Origin: Spizellomyces punctatus DAOM BR117
Taxonomy: Eukaryota
Assembly: GCA_000182565.2 (NCBI GenBank)
Contig: KQ257450.1
Length of the DNA: 64,000 nt
Strand: one strand, 5' to 3'
The notes beneath the pieces were generated by a model. That model had not been told where the DNA came from and searched no databases. It worked only from the letters and a program-made list of their open reading frames with translations. Below, piece by piece: positions 13,387 through 23,253 of this stretch. Positions within the stretch are counted from its first letter, which is position 1. The number at the start of each line of letters is the position of its first letter. Position numbers and translations under genes: made by a program.

Positions 13387-14531
13387 CAGAGAACCCCGCC
13401 CATGGTATACATCTGTTAGCGGTCCGATCCAGAGCTGAACAAGTTGCATTCTTGCTAAAATAGCACGATCGAAAGCGGACAACGCGGTTGCGGAGTGTAT
13501 GTTGAATGAAGATAAAAAAAGTTCCAATCGGAACCAGGAGCAAAAGTTTAACAACTCTAATTGCATATCTTTGTACGACCACCTTGGCAAAGTCACGCGA
13601 GGGCAACCACCGCGCTTCTCAGCCGCGAGCTTTGCACAAGTCGGCATTTTAGCCCTTTTATGATATACAAGGGAGACGGGGATGAACACCGACGTTGACA
13701 GCCAGCGAAACCAAATTCACCTTCCGGACCAAACATGCAGATTTGACGTTGGAAATCATGACCTTGGGTATATTATAAAAGGCGTCTGACATCCTTTAGC
13801 CTGCCCATTACTTCTCGACCTCTGTATCATACTCTTTACCTGAAGCAATCCCATTGAACTCTCTCAATATGGGTAACAAGCCTTCAAAGACTGACGGAAA
13901 CCTACGAGAGTTAGAAAGAGAAACTGACTGGAACCGATAAGAAGTGGAAGCCTACACCCACCTGGAGCTTGAGAGAGTTCCAGCACGTGGCCGGATTCGA
14001 GTCTCAGGGGAGCAAGACTTATGAGATTTTGGCGAAAGCGGCAGAAAAGGATTTGAAATCGCCAGTAACGGCGGAAAAAGATGCTAAAAAGTAATCGGCG
14101 GTCCGTACCCAGTGTATTCAGGCGTCAAGACGCATATTCTCGGTAGCATAGGGTTACTGGCGTGTATATAAATGTACATTTTAGAAACAGGATTGTTGTG
14201 GGGAGGGAATGGCTTTGGGATGTATTAAGTTGAGCATTCCCGTAGGAATTTGACGTACTGGTAGTTGAAAAGATTTGACCGTTCCTCATTGATAAATATA
14301 AAAGCCACAAAAGGGCCATCCAAAGTCGTCAGAGTGTGTCGATTAAATCATGGTCATATGGAAGGTGTCATAGCACCAGCAGCGCCGCTTCGGCTGTCAC
14401 TGGCGGAACCTCCAAAAAAAGGTCATTGATCAGGGATAGATATCCCACAAAAGGATCTAAACCTCCGTTTAGGGTTGCAAGGCCATGTAGAAAAATGAAC
14501 TAGACAAAAAGCATAGCGGGGTGATTGTAGA

Positions 14532-14603
14532 TAGCACCACCTGGTTTCGATCCAGGGGCCTCAGGGTTATGAGCCCTGCGCGCTTCCTCTGCGCTATGGT
14601 GCT
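14532..14603 (-). tRNA. Initiator tRNA-Met (CAT)
   Basis: AGCACCATAGCGCAGAGGAAGCGCGCAGGGCTCATAACCCTGAGGCCCCTGGATCGAAACCAGGTGGTGCTA: A1-U72 pair, three G-C pairs in the anticodon stem, and GATCGAAAC T-loop, all eukaryotic initiator hallmarks. Confidence 0.96.
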
Positions 14604-15180
14604 GTGCTAACAATCCAATGTGCATTAGTTACTCTATCACTAGCAAGGGACACGTGCGTGATGGCAAAATCCAAGTGTTTCTATAAAGAACAAATCAGTT
14701 GTAGAAATGAATATGTCAGCAAGAATAAAGAATAAAAGTAGTAAATGATTTTGCGGCTTAAAAACTTGCCATATTGAGAGAGCCGTTTGTAGTGGACATT
14801 ATAGAGTAGGAGGATAAGCAACTTGATCAGGAAGAGTAGAGAGACGATACAGACAAGAGAGAGAGAGAAGAGAGTAGATTAGTAATAAGTCCAATAATAA
14901 TAAAAATATCTCTCACATATCCCCTCTATTTACCCTCATTCCCCCCATTCACACAACACTACTAGTTACTCTCTCCCACTCTCTCCACGGAAATAGAACG
15001 CGCTCTGTTTTTGAATGGAATCCGGATAAATTTGGAACACTCGGACATTTCCCCAGTCTTTCACAGTCACACAATCTAAAAAGGGTCGGAGTCCCGATAT
15101 TCCCACTTGTTTTTATTGATTTTCTCATATATAAACGATTGCTTCTTTTTCACATTCACACGCATTGCTCTCGCGCAACG

Positions 15181-18100
15181 ATGGCAGATCATCCATCATC
15201 ATCACAACTGCCAGAAATGGTACAAGTCAACAAGGTGGAGGATCCACCTGTAGAGGTTGCTGGCAACAACACAAATGACAGTTACAAGGTGGTGGAAGAC
15301 GATCGCAAGTCTACTCGCTCTCGCAAATCATCATTGCATGAATCCCTTCCCGTCATTCCTTCCATCTCTGCTACGCCTGCTCCCGCTGCATCCGGCCCCA
15401 AAGACCTCGTAGAGACCGCAGAAACATATGCACTTGTCAAATCAGAGAAACCGCCCGCCCCTCCCGCCTCCAAACCCGCTCCTGTCAAGCGCATCTCTTA
15501 CATGGCCCTCTTGATGCGTTACTCGACCAATCTGGAGCGTCTCTTGATGGTCATTGGTCTCATTGCTGCTTGCGGTGCTGGGGCCGTACTGCCGCTCATG
15601 ACCATCATCTTTGGTGACTTGACAAACACTTTTGGCGCCGTGCAAAACACAGACATGTCAGCGTTGACTCCCATCCAACGATCCGCCATCCAGGACGCCA
15701 TGCAAGACACCATCAATGAGAAATCCCTCATTTTTGTCTACCTCGGCATTGCCATGTTCTTTGCTACCTACATTTACATGGCCACTTGGCTCTTTACCGG
15801 GGAAAACATTTCCCATCGCATCCGTGAAGGCTACCTCCAAGCCATCCTCCGTCAAAACATTGCCTATTTTGACTCGACTGGTGGAGGCCAAGTCTCCACC
15901 CGCATCATCACCGATACCCAAATGGTTCAGGATGGCATTAGTGAAAAAGTACCCATGTTTTTCATGAACTTTGCCACCTTTGTCGCTGGTTTCGCCGTCG
16001 CCTTTTCCCACAGCTGGAAACTCACCCTCGTCCTCTTGTGCTGCGTTCCCGCCATTGGCATCACCGCTGCCTTTTTGGGACGCTTTGTCGGCAAGTATAC
16101 CCGTGAAGGACTCAACTCGTACGCGTCCGCCGGTGATGTCGCTGAAGAAACCTTTTCCTCGATTCGCACCGTCACCTCGTTCATGTCCCAAGAAAAAATG
16201 GCCAAAGTCTACTATTCCTTGCTCGGCAAGGCCGAGGTCTTTGGCATCAAAAAGCAAATCGTGACGGGAATGGGATGGGGCTGCATCCAGTTTGTCATTT
16301 TTTCGACATATGCCTTGGCCTTTTGGTACGGCTCCAAAATGCTCGTGGACAAGGAAGTCCTGCCCGGAGACATTATGACATGCTTCTTTTCCGTTCTCAT
16401 TGGTGCCTTTGCCCTCGCTGGTACTTCGAGTGAAGTCACTGCCTTTTCTTTTGCTATTGGTGCGGGGACAACCTTGTTTGAAGCCATTGACCGCCTGCCC
16501 GAGATTGACTCGGCAGCCCCAGGCGGTTACCGCCCTAACGAGGTCCATGGCCGCATTGTCGTCAAGGACGTGAAATTCCGATACCCCTCGCGTCCCGAAG
16601 TCGTTGTCCTCCACGGCATGACCTTGACCATTGAACCGGGAACGACTTGTGCGTTGGTGGGAAGTTCAGGTTCAGGAAAGTCGACCATTATTCAGCTCCT
16701 CGAACGTTTCTATGACCCAGAATCGGGCACTATTCATCTCGACGGTGTTGACATTACCACCCTCAATGTCAAATGGCTCCGTCAGCAAATTGGTTATGTG
16801 ACCCAGGAACCCGTCCTGTTCAAAGGGACCTTGTGGGAGAATGTCGCGCACGGTCTCGTTGGCACAGCCGACGAACAACTGCCAAAAGAGAAGAAAATGG
16901 ACAAGATTATCGAGGCATGCAAGTTTGCCAATGCCCACAACTTTATCATGGCCCTACCCCAAAAGTACGAAACCCGCATTGGTGAGCGCGGTCTGCTCCT
17001 CTCGGGTGGTCAAAAGCAGCGTATCGCCATTGCGCGAGCCATTGTTAAGAACCCACCGATTCTCTTGCTCGACGAGGCCACGTCCGCCCTCGACACCGAG
17101 TCTGAAAAACTGGTCCAAGAAGCGCTTGACCGCGCCGCGCAAGGCCGTACGACCATTGTCATTGCCCACCGACTCTCCACCATTCGGAACGCAGATAATA
17201 TCATTGTCATGGACCAAGGCAGAATCATTGAGACGGGTACTCACCATTCCTTGGTGGCAAAAGAAGGCGGGTTTTACCGTAAGTTGGTGGAAGCACAGCA
17301 GATTAGCGCCAAAAAGGAAGCAGAAGCAGAAAAGGCGAAACCCAAGGTGGACCCTGACGCCGTTGCCCTTGAGGATGAGCAAGAACCAGCAAAGGGTCTT
17401 GTCAGAGCCAACTCTGTGCACTCGACCCATAGCACCCGTTCGGGTAAAAGCATACCAGACGTGTCAACACCTGGCAAGACACCTCAACCTTCGACTCTCG
17501 ACACCCTCCGGATTTTTAACAAGATTATGAAGCTGAACCGTGCGGAAGCCCACTACATTGCGCTCGGTCTCCTCGGTTCCATTGTCAATGGCATCACCCA
17601 ACCCGTGTTTGCTATCCTCTTTGGACACTTTATCAACGTCTTTTTCATCGTGAATGACGATGCCAAATTACGGCACGATGCAGATTTTTGGGCGCTCATG
17701 TTTTTGGTGATTGGGATTGCCAATTTGTTTGCGAGTTTTATAAAGTTTACCATGTTTGGAATTTCGGGAGAAAAGTTGACCACTCGGTACGTTTTTTTTG
17801 GTTTTTTTTTTTAATTATATGGGACATTGAGCTGACGCTTTTTTAATTTATAGCCTGCGTGACAAGTCGTTCCGGACCATGATGCGTCAAGATATTGCGT
17901 GGTTTGACGTGGAAGAACACTCTGTCGGAGCTCTCACGTCCAACCTTTCCAACGACGCCCAAAATGTGCAAAACATGTCTGGCCAAATTGCTGGTAACCT
18001 CCTCGAACTCACCACGTCAATTCTCGGCGGTGCTATTGTAGCCGTCGCGACGGGATGGAAGCTCGGTCTGGTTGTCTTGTCGACCCTCCCACTCATGGTC

Positions 18101-19345
18101 GCCGCCAACAAACTCCGGATGGATTTGATTCGAAAGGGGAACCAAGCCACAAAGATTTACTATGAGCGGTCAGCTCAAGTTGCTTGTGAAGCCGTGGCAG
18201 CCATGCGCACCGTTGCGGCCCTCAGTCGTGAAGAGGATGTGGCTCAGGTCTACCACCACGACTTGGAAGAGCCTCTACGAATCGGTCGCCGAAATGCCAT
18301 TGGGAATACCGCCATTTACGCCTTCTCTCAAACCGTCACGTTCTTGATCAACGCCCTTGGGTTCTGGTACGGTGGTAAACTCATTGTCACGGGAGAATAT
18401 GGGGGCTCGGACGGTGTGCGCACCTTTTTCACAACGTTTATGGCCATTGTCTTTGCCTCCCAAGCCGCGGGCCGTGTCTTTTCGCTCATGCCCGATGTTG
18501 GTAAAGCGCACGATTCCGCTAAATACATGTTGGACCTCTTTGAGCGCAAACCCCCGATTGACAACTGGGACCCCTCTGGCACGAGCTTGGACAAGGCTAC
18601 CACCCAAGGCAAAGTTGAATTCAAAAACGTCCACTTTGTCTACCCCAACCGGCCATCCATCAAGGTCCTCCGTGGCCTCGACCTTGTTGTCAAACCAGGC
18701 CAATTCGTTGCCTTGGTTGGCCCTTCGGGTTGCGGCAAATCCACCACCATTGGCCTCATGGAACGATTTTACGACACTGTTTCTGGCACCATTACCATTG
18801 ACAACCAACCCATCAATTCCCTGTCCATTTCCAACCTCCGCGAGATTGTATCTCTGGTAGGCCAAGAGCCCAACCTCTACAACCTAACCATCAAGGAAAA
18901 CATTTGCTACGGCCTCCCTTCCATGCCCTCTGACGAAACCATTATCCAAGCCGCCAAAGACGCCAACATTCACGATTTCATCACATCCTTACCTGATGGG
19001 TACGATACCTCTCTAGGCGGAAAGGGCACCCAACTCTCTGGCGGCCAAAAACAACGCGTGGCCATTGCCCGTGCTTTAATCCGTAACCCCAAAATCCTCT
19101 TGCTCGACGAAGCGACATCCGCCCTAGACGCCACCTCTGAAAAAGTCGTCCAAGCCGCCCTTGATAAAGCTTCCCGGGGCCGTACGACCATTGCTATTGC
19201 ACATCGGTTGAGTAGTATCAAGGATGCTGATGTGATTTATGTATTCAAGGATGGTGTTGTTGCAGAGTCGGGGACTCATCAGAGTTTGATTGCCGAACGG
19301 GGACTGTATTATCAGTTGGTTGTTCAGCAGGATTTGAGTGGGTAG
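15181..19345 (+). CDS. Full-length ABCB (MDR/P-glycoprotein) transporter, one intron 17787-17853
   Basis: TMD-NBD-TMD-NBD layout. Walker A GSSGSGKST and GPSGCGKST, LSGGQKQR twice, ILLLDEATSALD twice. Intron GTACGT...TAG joins the two ORFs. Confidence 0.96.
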
Positions 19346-19461
19346 ACAGTTTGGGAATGGGGTTTTTTTGGTGTGTTGTATTTTTTTTGTTCTTTTTAGA
19401 TTTTAATACATGCCCTTGAAAAGAATACTGAATGGGACAATGTTTTTTCAAGAATGAACCA

Positions 19462-19491
19462 TAGTGCGGAGCCGGTGGGTATTGGCACTAG
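19462..19491 (+). repeat. Left terminal inverted repeat
   Basis: TAGTGCGGAGCCGGTGGGTATTGGCACTAG is the exact reverse complement of 21702-21731. Confidence 0.97.
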
Positions 19492-19577
19492 TACAGTGAT
19501 TCCAACCAATTGAATCATAATTTTACTCGATTTAGACTCATGAACTATGATTTGATAATGGTTCGATGCACAAACGA

Positions 19578-19756
19578 TGCTCCACCATTAAAAACGGGTC
19601 CAATATGTGCGGCAATGAACGGATTGAATATTCTGCAGTTGCTCCACCATTGAAAAACGGGTCCAATGCGCAGTTGTCATATCTCTATATAAACCCGCCT
19701 TCTCTGCCCATTTCCCAGGTTTTCATCATTCTCTTCCCATTTCCCAGGCTTTCATC
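19578..19756 (+). promoter_or_regulatory. Subterminal direct repeats and TATA-like box upstream of Fanzor
   Basis: TGCTCCACCATT(G)AAAAACGGGTCCAAT at 19578-19604 and 19640-19667; TATATAAA at 19686-19693; CCCATTTCCCAGG(T/C)TTTCATC at 19707-19727 and 19736-19756. Confidence 0.55.
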
Positions 19757-19777
19757 CATTTTTCTATTCCAATCATC

Positions 19778-21643
19778 ATGCCACCAAAGAAGAAGCAAAA
19801 ACTCGACAATCGACCTACCTGTCTGCATTCATGCAACAAGACTTCCTTTGCAAAGGCTTTCTTACCTAATGGGACCTACCGGCAGCGTCTTCTAGATTAC
19901 ATCGCCATCATCCATCAACTCGCCGACCACGCTTCCCACGCTCTCAAATTCTACATCCTATCTGCACCAACCTTCACCGTGAACGAGGAGACCATCGAAG
20001 CAATTCTCTATCTTCTCAACAAGGGGGAGGCTTGGCATCCAAGAAAGGAAGCAAAGAAGGCATGGCGGGATTGTTTGCTGCCATATGTTCAACGGTACTG
20101 CCAAATCGTCGGCTTCGTTCACCCAAATCTACGAGGCGAGCAGCAATCAGTCAATTACCTGACAGCGAGTATGATGGCGAACCTGAAAGTCAACGTTCAA
20201 GAACATTTCATGCAGATGCTCCTTCGGTATATCAATCTGCGGCTCGACGTGAAGGGACACAAGCAGCGACTGCCACTGAAAAGCGATGCGCGGCAAGCTT
20301 TCTTTACTCGGCTATGCTACTTGAAGTCAATTTTCCTTTTTGATATTGTGCCCGAGTCACTCGATGACTTGACCGCTGAAGAGAGTGAGCTTCTAGAAGA
20401 GATGTGGTCCTTCATTCCCCTTTCCGACCAGCCGCTCACATATTCAGTTGCTGTAGACCCTCTCGCCTTCTTCCCTGCCTACTGTCGGTTGTCAAGCCTA
20501 TATGAAAAGCATGGATTTCGACGGTTCAGTGCAATCCCACTTCGCCGCTCCCTCATCCAAAGCCATGTGCGGATCGACACCGTCATCCTCTACTCTCATA
20601 TCCTTTGCATCACGCGGCGAGATGCAGAAGCCGTAGCGAAGGTCGATTTATGGATGCGCATCTGCAATCTGCGTACCAAGGCTTTTCGGTCTCGCCACGA
20701 TATGCAGTTTGAAGGCTCAATCACAACGGACGGTACCTCAGTGTCTGTATACCTAAAGCACCCAGAAGCTGACAAGTACGGAAAGCGCGGAGCGAGAAAG
20801 TCAGCAAAGGCTCTAGCAGCTGAGGTGAAGGTGCTGTATGTGGAAAACAACTTATCTGCTTGTCAAGAGAACATTGTCGTTATCGATCCAAACAAGCGCG
20901 ACATTCTCTACTGCCAAGACAACAAGGGCACCATCTTCCGTTACACCGCCAATCAATGCTGCAAGGAGACTGGAAGCCGTCGATTTGCAAAAGAACGGCA
21001 GCGGATGAAAGCTGGCAGTATTGACCTCATAGAATCACGTATCCCAAGCCACAAGACGATGAACCTCATAGACTTCATGCGTTACCTTCTCGTTCGCTGC
21101 GCTGATTGGGATCGTCGAAAGGACTTCTATTCGCATCCTGCCCACACGCGGTGGAAGTGGCATGCATTTATAAACCGTCAGAAGAGTGAATCGAACCTCA
21201 TATCCAACTTATGCAACAAGTACGGTGAAAACTTTACCATTGTGATGGGAGATTGGAGCGATGCCGGTCGAACTGCAAGATTTCAGACCTCATCAAAGAC
21301 GAAAGGTTGGCGCACCCTCTTTAAGTGCAACAGGATCAACTGCTTCCTTCTCAACGAGTATAAAACCTCATCTGTCTGCCCTCACTGTTCATCCGATGAC
21401 TTCCTTGAAAAAGGTTTCAAAACACGACCTCATTCAAGACCTTGGCGACGACGAGAAGGCAAGATTGAAAAAGTCCATGGATTGCTGGGTTGTACCAACC
21501 CTAACTGTCAGCAAGCCTGGACGATGCGCTACTGGAATCGAGATACGCTGAGCACCTGCAATATGCTGATAATCGTGCAATCAATGTTGGATGGACACAG
21601 TAGACCAGAAGTGTTCAGCAGGAGTGTTCCAGCCGTAGCTTAG
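19778..21643 (+). CDS. Fanzor1 RNA-guided endonuclease (TnpB/Cas12-like, SpuFz1-like), 621 aa
   Basis: N-terminal NLS-like PPKKKQK; ITTDGTSVSV; RuvC-I VVIDPNKRD (D370); MGDWS; RuvC-II NEYKTS (E527); zinc finger CPHC...CTNPNC; RuvC-III WNRD (D589). Strongly resembles the recalled S. punctatus Fanzor1 sequence. Confidence 0.95.
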   Translation: MPPKKKQKLDNRPTCLHSCNKTSFAKAFLPNGTYRQRLLDYIAIIHQLADHASHALKFYILSAPTFTVNEETIEAILYLLNKGEAWHPRKEAKKAWRDCLLPYVQRYCQIVGFVHPNLRGEQQSVNYLTASMMANLKVNVQEHFMQMLLRYINLRLDVKGHKQRLPLKSDARQAFFTRLCYLKSIFLFDIVPESLDDLTAEESELLEEMWSFIPLSDQPLTYSVAVDPLAFFPAYCRLSSLYEKHGFRRFSAIPLRRSLIQSHVRIDTVILYSHILCITRRDAEAVAKVDLWMRICNLRTKAFRSRHDMQFEGSITTDGTSVSVYLKHPEADKYGKRGARKSAKALAAEVKVLYVENNLSACQENIVVIDPNKRDILYCQDNKGTIFRYTANQCCKETGSRRFAKERQRMKAGSIDLIESRIPSHKTMNLIDFMRYLLVRCADWDRRKDFYSHPAHTRWKWHAFINRQKSESNLISNLCNKYGENFTIVMGDWSDAGRTARFQTSSKTKGWRTLFKCNRINCFLLNEYKTSSVCPHCSSDDFLEKGFKTRPHSRPWRRREGKIEKVHGLLGCTNPNCQQAWTMRYWNRDTLSTCNMLIIVQSMLDGHSRPEVFSRSVPAVA

Positions 21644-21657
21644 ATTGGTTAGATTAG

Positions 21658-21746
21658 GTTTTCCGAGCCGGTTGTCGCCGGTTCAATCCCTGGTGCGGGT
21701 GCTAGTGCCAATACCCACCGGCTCCGCACTAAGAATAAACTAGGGT
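21658..21746 (+). ncRNA. Predicted Fanzor omegaRNA: ~74-nt scaffold (21658-21731) plus ~15-nt guide from flanking DNA
   Basis: Begins just after the stop codon and overlaps the right TIR. GAGCCGGT (21665-21672) pairs with ACCGGCTC (21717-21724); TGGTGCGG (21691-21698) can pair with CCGCACTA (21724-21731) as a pseudoknot. Ends are inferred by analogy to the SpuFz1 omegaRNA. Confidence 0.85.
21702..21731 (-). repeat. Right terminal inverted repeat (also the 3' part of the omegaRNA scaffold)
   Basis: CTAGTGCCAATACCCACCGGCTCCGCACTA on the + strand. Confidence 0.97.
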
Positions 21747-22637
21747 TTGGACAAGTGGGAAATTCCCATAGTGATGCAAAAGTATTCGGTCATTAAACGT
21801 CCAATCTACTCTTTATGTAATGTACCCAGTTGGTACTTCAGATAAGATCGTCTACAAATGTGGGGATAAACTAGGACAACTTTTATCCTAAAATGTCTCC
21901 CCATCCCCCACAATGATTACGTGATGCATATCAGGATAAGTTTTTTTTCATTCATTTCTTCGGGTGTTGATGTCAAAAGTGTGTACGCGGCGAGCAATGC
22001 GGATGACTCTATCCACCGTCCTCGCCGTATGAGGCTATGTACGTTGTCGAGTATTTTATCGTTGAGAGTTGGAAGAGTCACATGGCAAGGGGGGAGTGTG
22101 CATAGCCAATCTACCACAGTCTTCTTTTCCCCACATGCCAACAATTTACTGCGTTTGTATGTCATGTTGCATGGTTTGTCGTATTTTTGGTGAAAACTCC
22201 GTGAACACAAATGCATTGTCTCTTTTTGACTCTTTATGCAAAAGGGTTTTTTATTCATGACATCAGATTCGCTCTGAAGTGTTCTTTGCGTGTTTTCTTT
22301 GCGTGCGTGCGTGGGTGAGCGGAAATCTATTTCTTTTGGCATAGTTTTTTTTTTTTTTTCCTTTTTGACGTTGAGGTGTTATTGCTGGATGTGGCCATGC
22401 CCTCTTTTTAACTATTTTGACGCCATGTGAGATACATGGTTATGCAAATGAAAACTCCATGCTAGTGCGAGCAAAAAAGGAACAAGGCAAAAAAAATGGA
22501 TTTTTGCATAGCGTTGCGCACGTTACGGGCCAAAAGTGTATTATATAAAGGCAACCATTACAGCCGTTTCCCCACATCAAACAAAATACTTGAACATTTT
22601 AAACACACACACATTTTGTTTTTCTTGCTCTTTTACA

Positions 22638-23253
22638 ATGCTCAAAGCTCTCCTCTTCAGTCTTCTCCTCACCCTCGCAAGCAGCACACCATGTCGCCGC
22701 ACCAACACCCCAACCCCCCAAAAAGCTACATCCTACCTCCAACCTGACCCATCAGCCTCAACAAAGATAAACGGCACCGTGGACATCACCCAAACCAAAA
22801 CCGGTCTGCACCTCAAACTCTACATTCAAGGTCTTTCACCGGGTGAACACGGGTTCCATGTTCACGCCTTTGGATCCATTTTTCCCAATTGCACTGCAGC
22901 GGGTGATCACTTCAATCCTGACAACACTACCCATGGTGCTCCGACCGATTCTGTACGGCATGCCGGTGATTTGGGTAATATCGTTGCAAATGAGTTTGGA
23001 GTTGTTGATACTGAGATTGTGGATTCGGTTATTGCTTTGGATGGACGGTATAATATCATTGGGTAACGTAACAAGTGGTGATTTTTATCGGTTTTTTTTT
23101 TGTTGATGGTTTTTTTTGGGGTGTTATAGGAGGTCGTTTGTCGTTCATGCCAATCGAGATGATTTGGGTCGTGGGAATGCGCCGACGTCGAAAACGAATG
23201 GGAATTCGGGAGCGAGGGTTGCCTGTGGCGTTATTGGGATTGCTAAATCATAA
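22638..23253 (+). CDS. Secreted Cu/Zn superoxide dismutase (2 exons)
   Basis: Signal peptide [40 protein letters not shown]; second exon [13 protein letters not shown]...[13 protein letters not shown]. Confidence 0.92.

Larger units (their letters stand above)
19462..21731 (+). mobile_element. Fanzor1-carrying TIR element (Spu-1-like), no transposase encoded
   Basis: Perfect 30-bp inverted repeats at 19462-19491 and 21702-21731, each ending in TA (a likely TA target-site duplication around a 28-bp TIR). Encloses a single intronless 621-aa Fanzor ORF. Confidence 0.95.

Noticed and set aside
15658-16614. 318-aa antisense ORF and other long shadow ORFs opposite real genes
   Set aside because: They overlap well-supported coding exons on the other strand and show no recognisable motifs, consistent with codon-bias artefacts.
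19440-19491. A second omegaRNA read outward from the left TIR on the minus strand
   Set aside because: Only the 30-nt TIR portion is present; the 5' pairing partners (GAGCCGGT, TGGTGCGG) are missing on that side.
7881-19756. Short direct-repeat pairs (7881-7983, 13149-13351, 19578-19756) as CRISPR-like arrays
   Set aside because: Only two units each, different sequences, no cas genes, and a eukaryotic context.
21629-21701. A functional tRNA gene at the Fanzor right end
   Set aside because: The D-stem, anticodon arm and acceptor stem are degenerate. Kept only as a tRNA-like promoter hypothesis.
8060-21746. Argonaute and Fanzor within ~8 kb as a joint RNA-guided defence locus
   Set aside because: They are separated by a tRNA and an ABC transporter. 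Fanzor is bounded by its own TIRs, so proximity is best explained by chance insertion.
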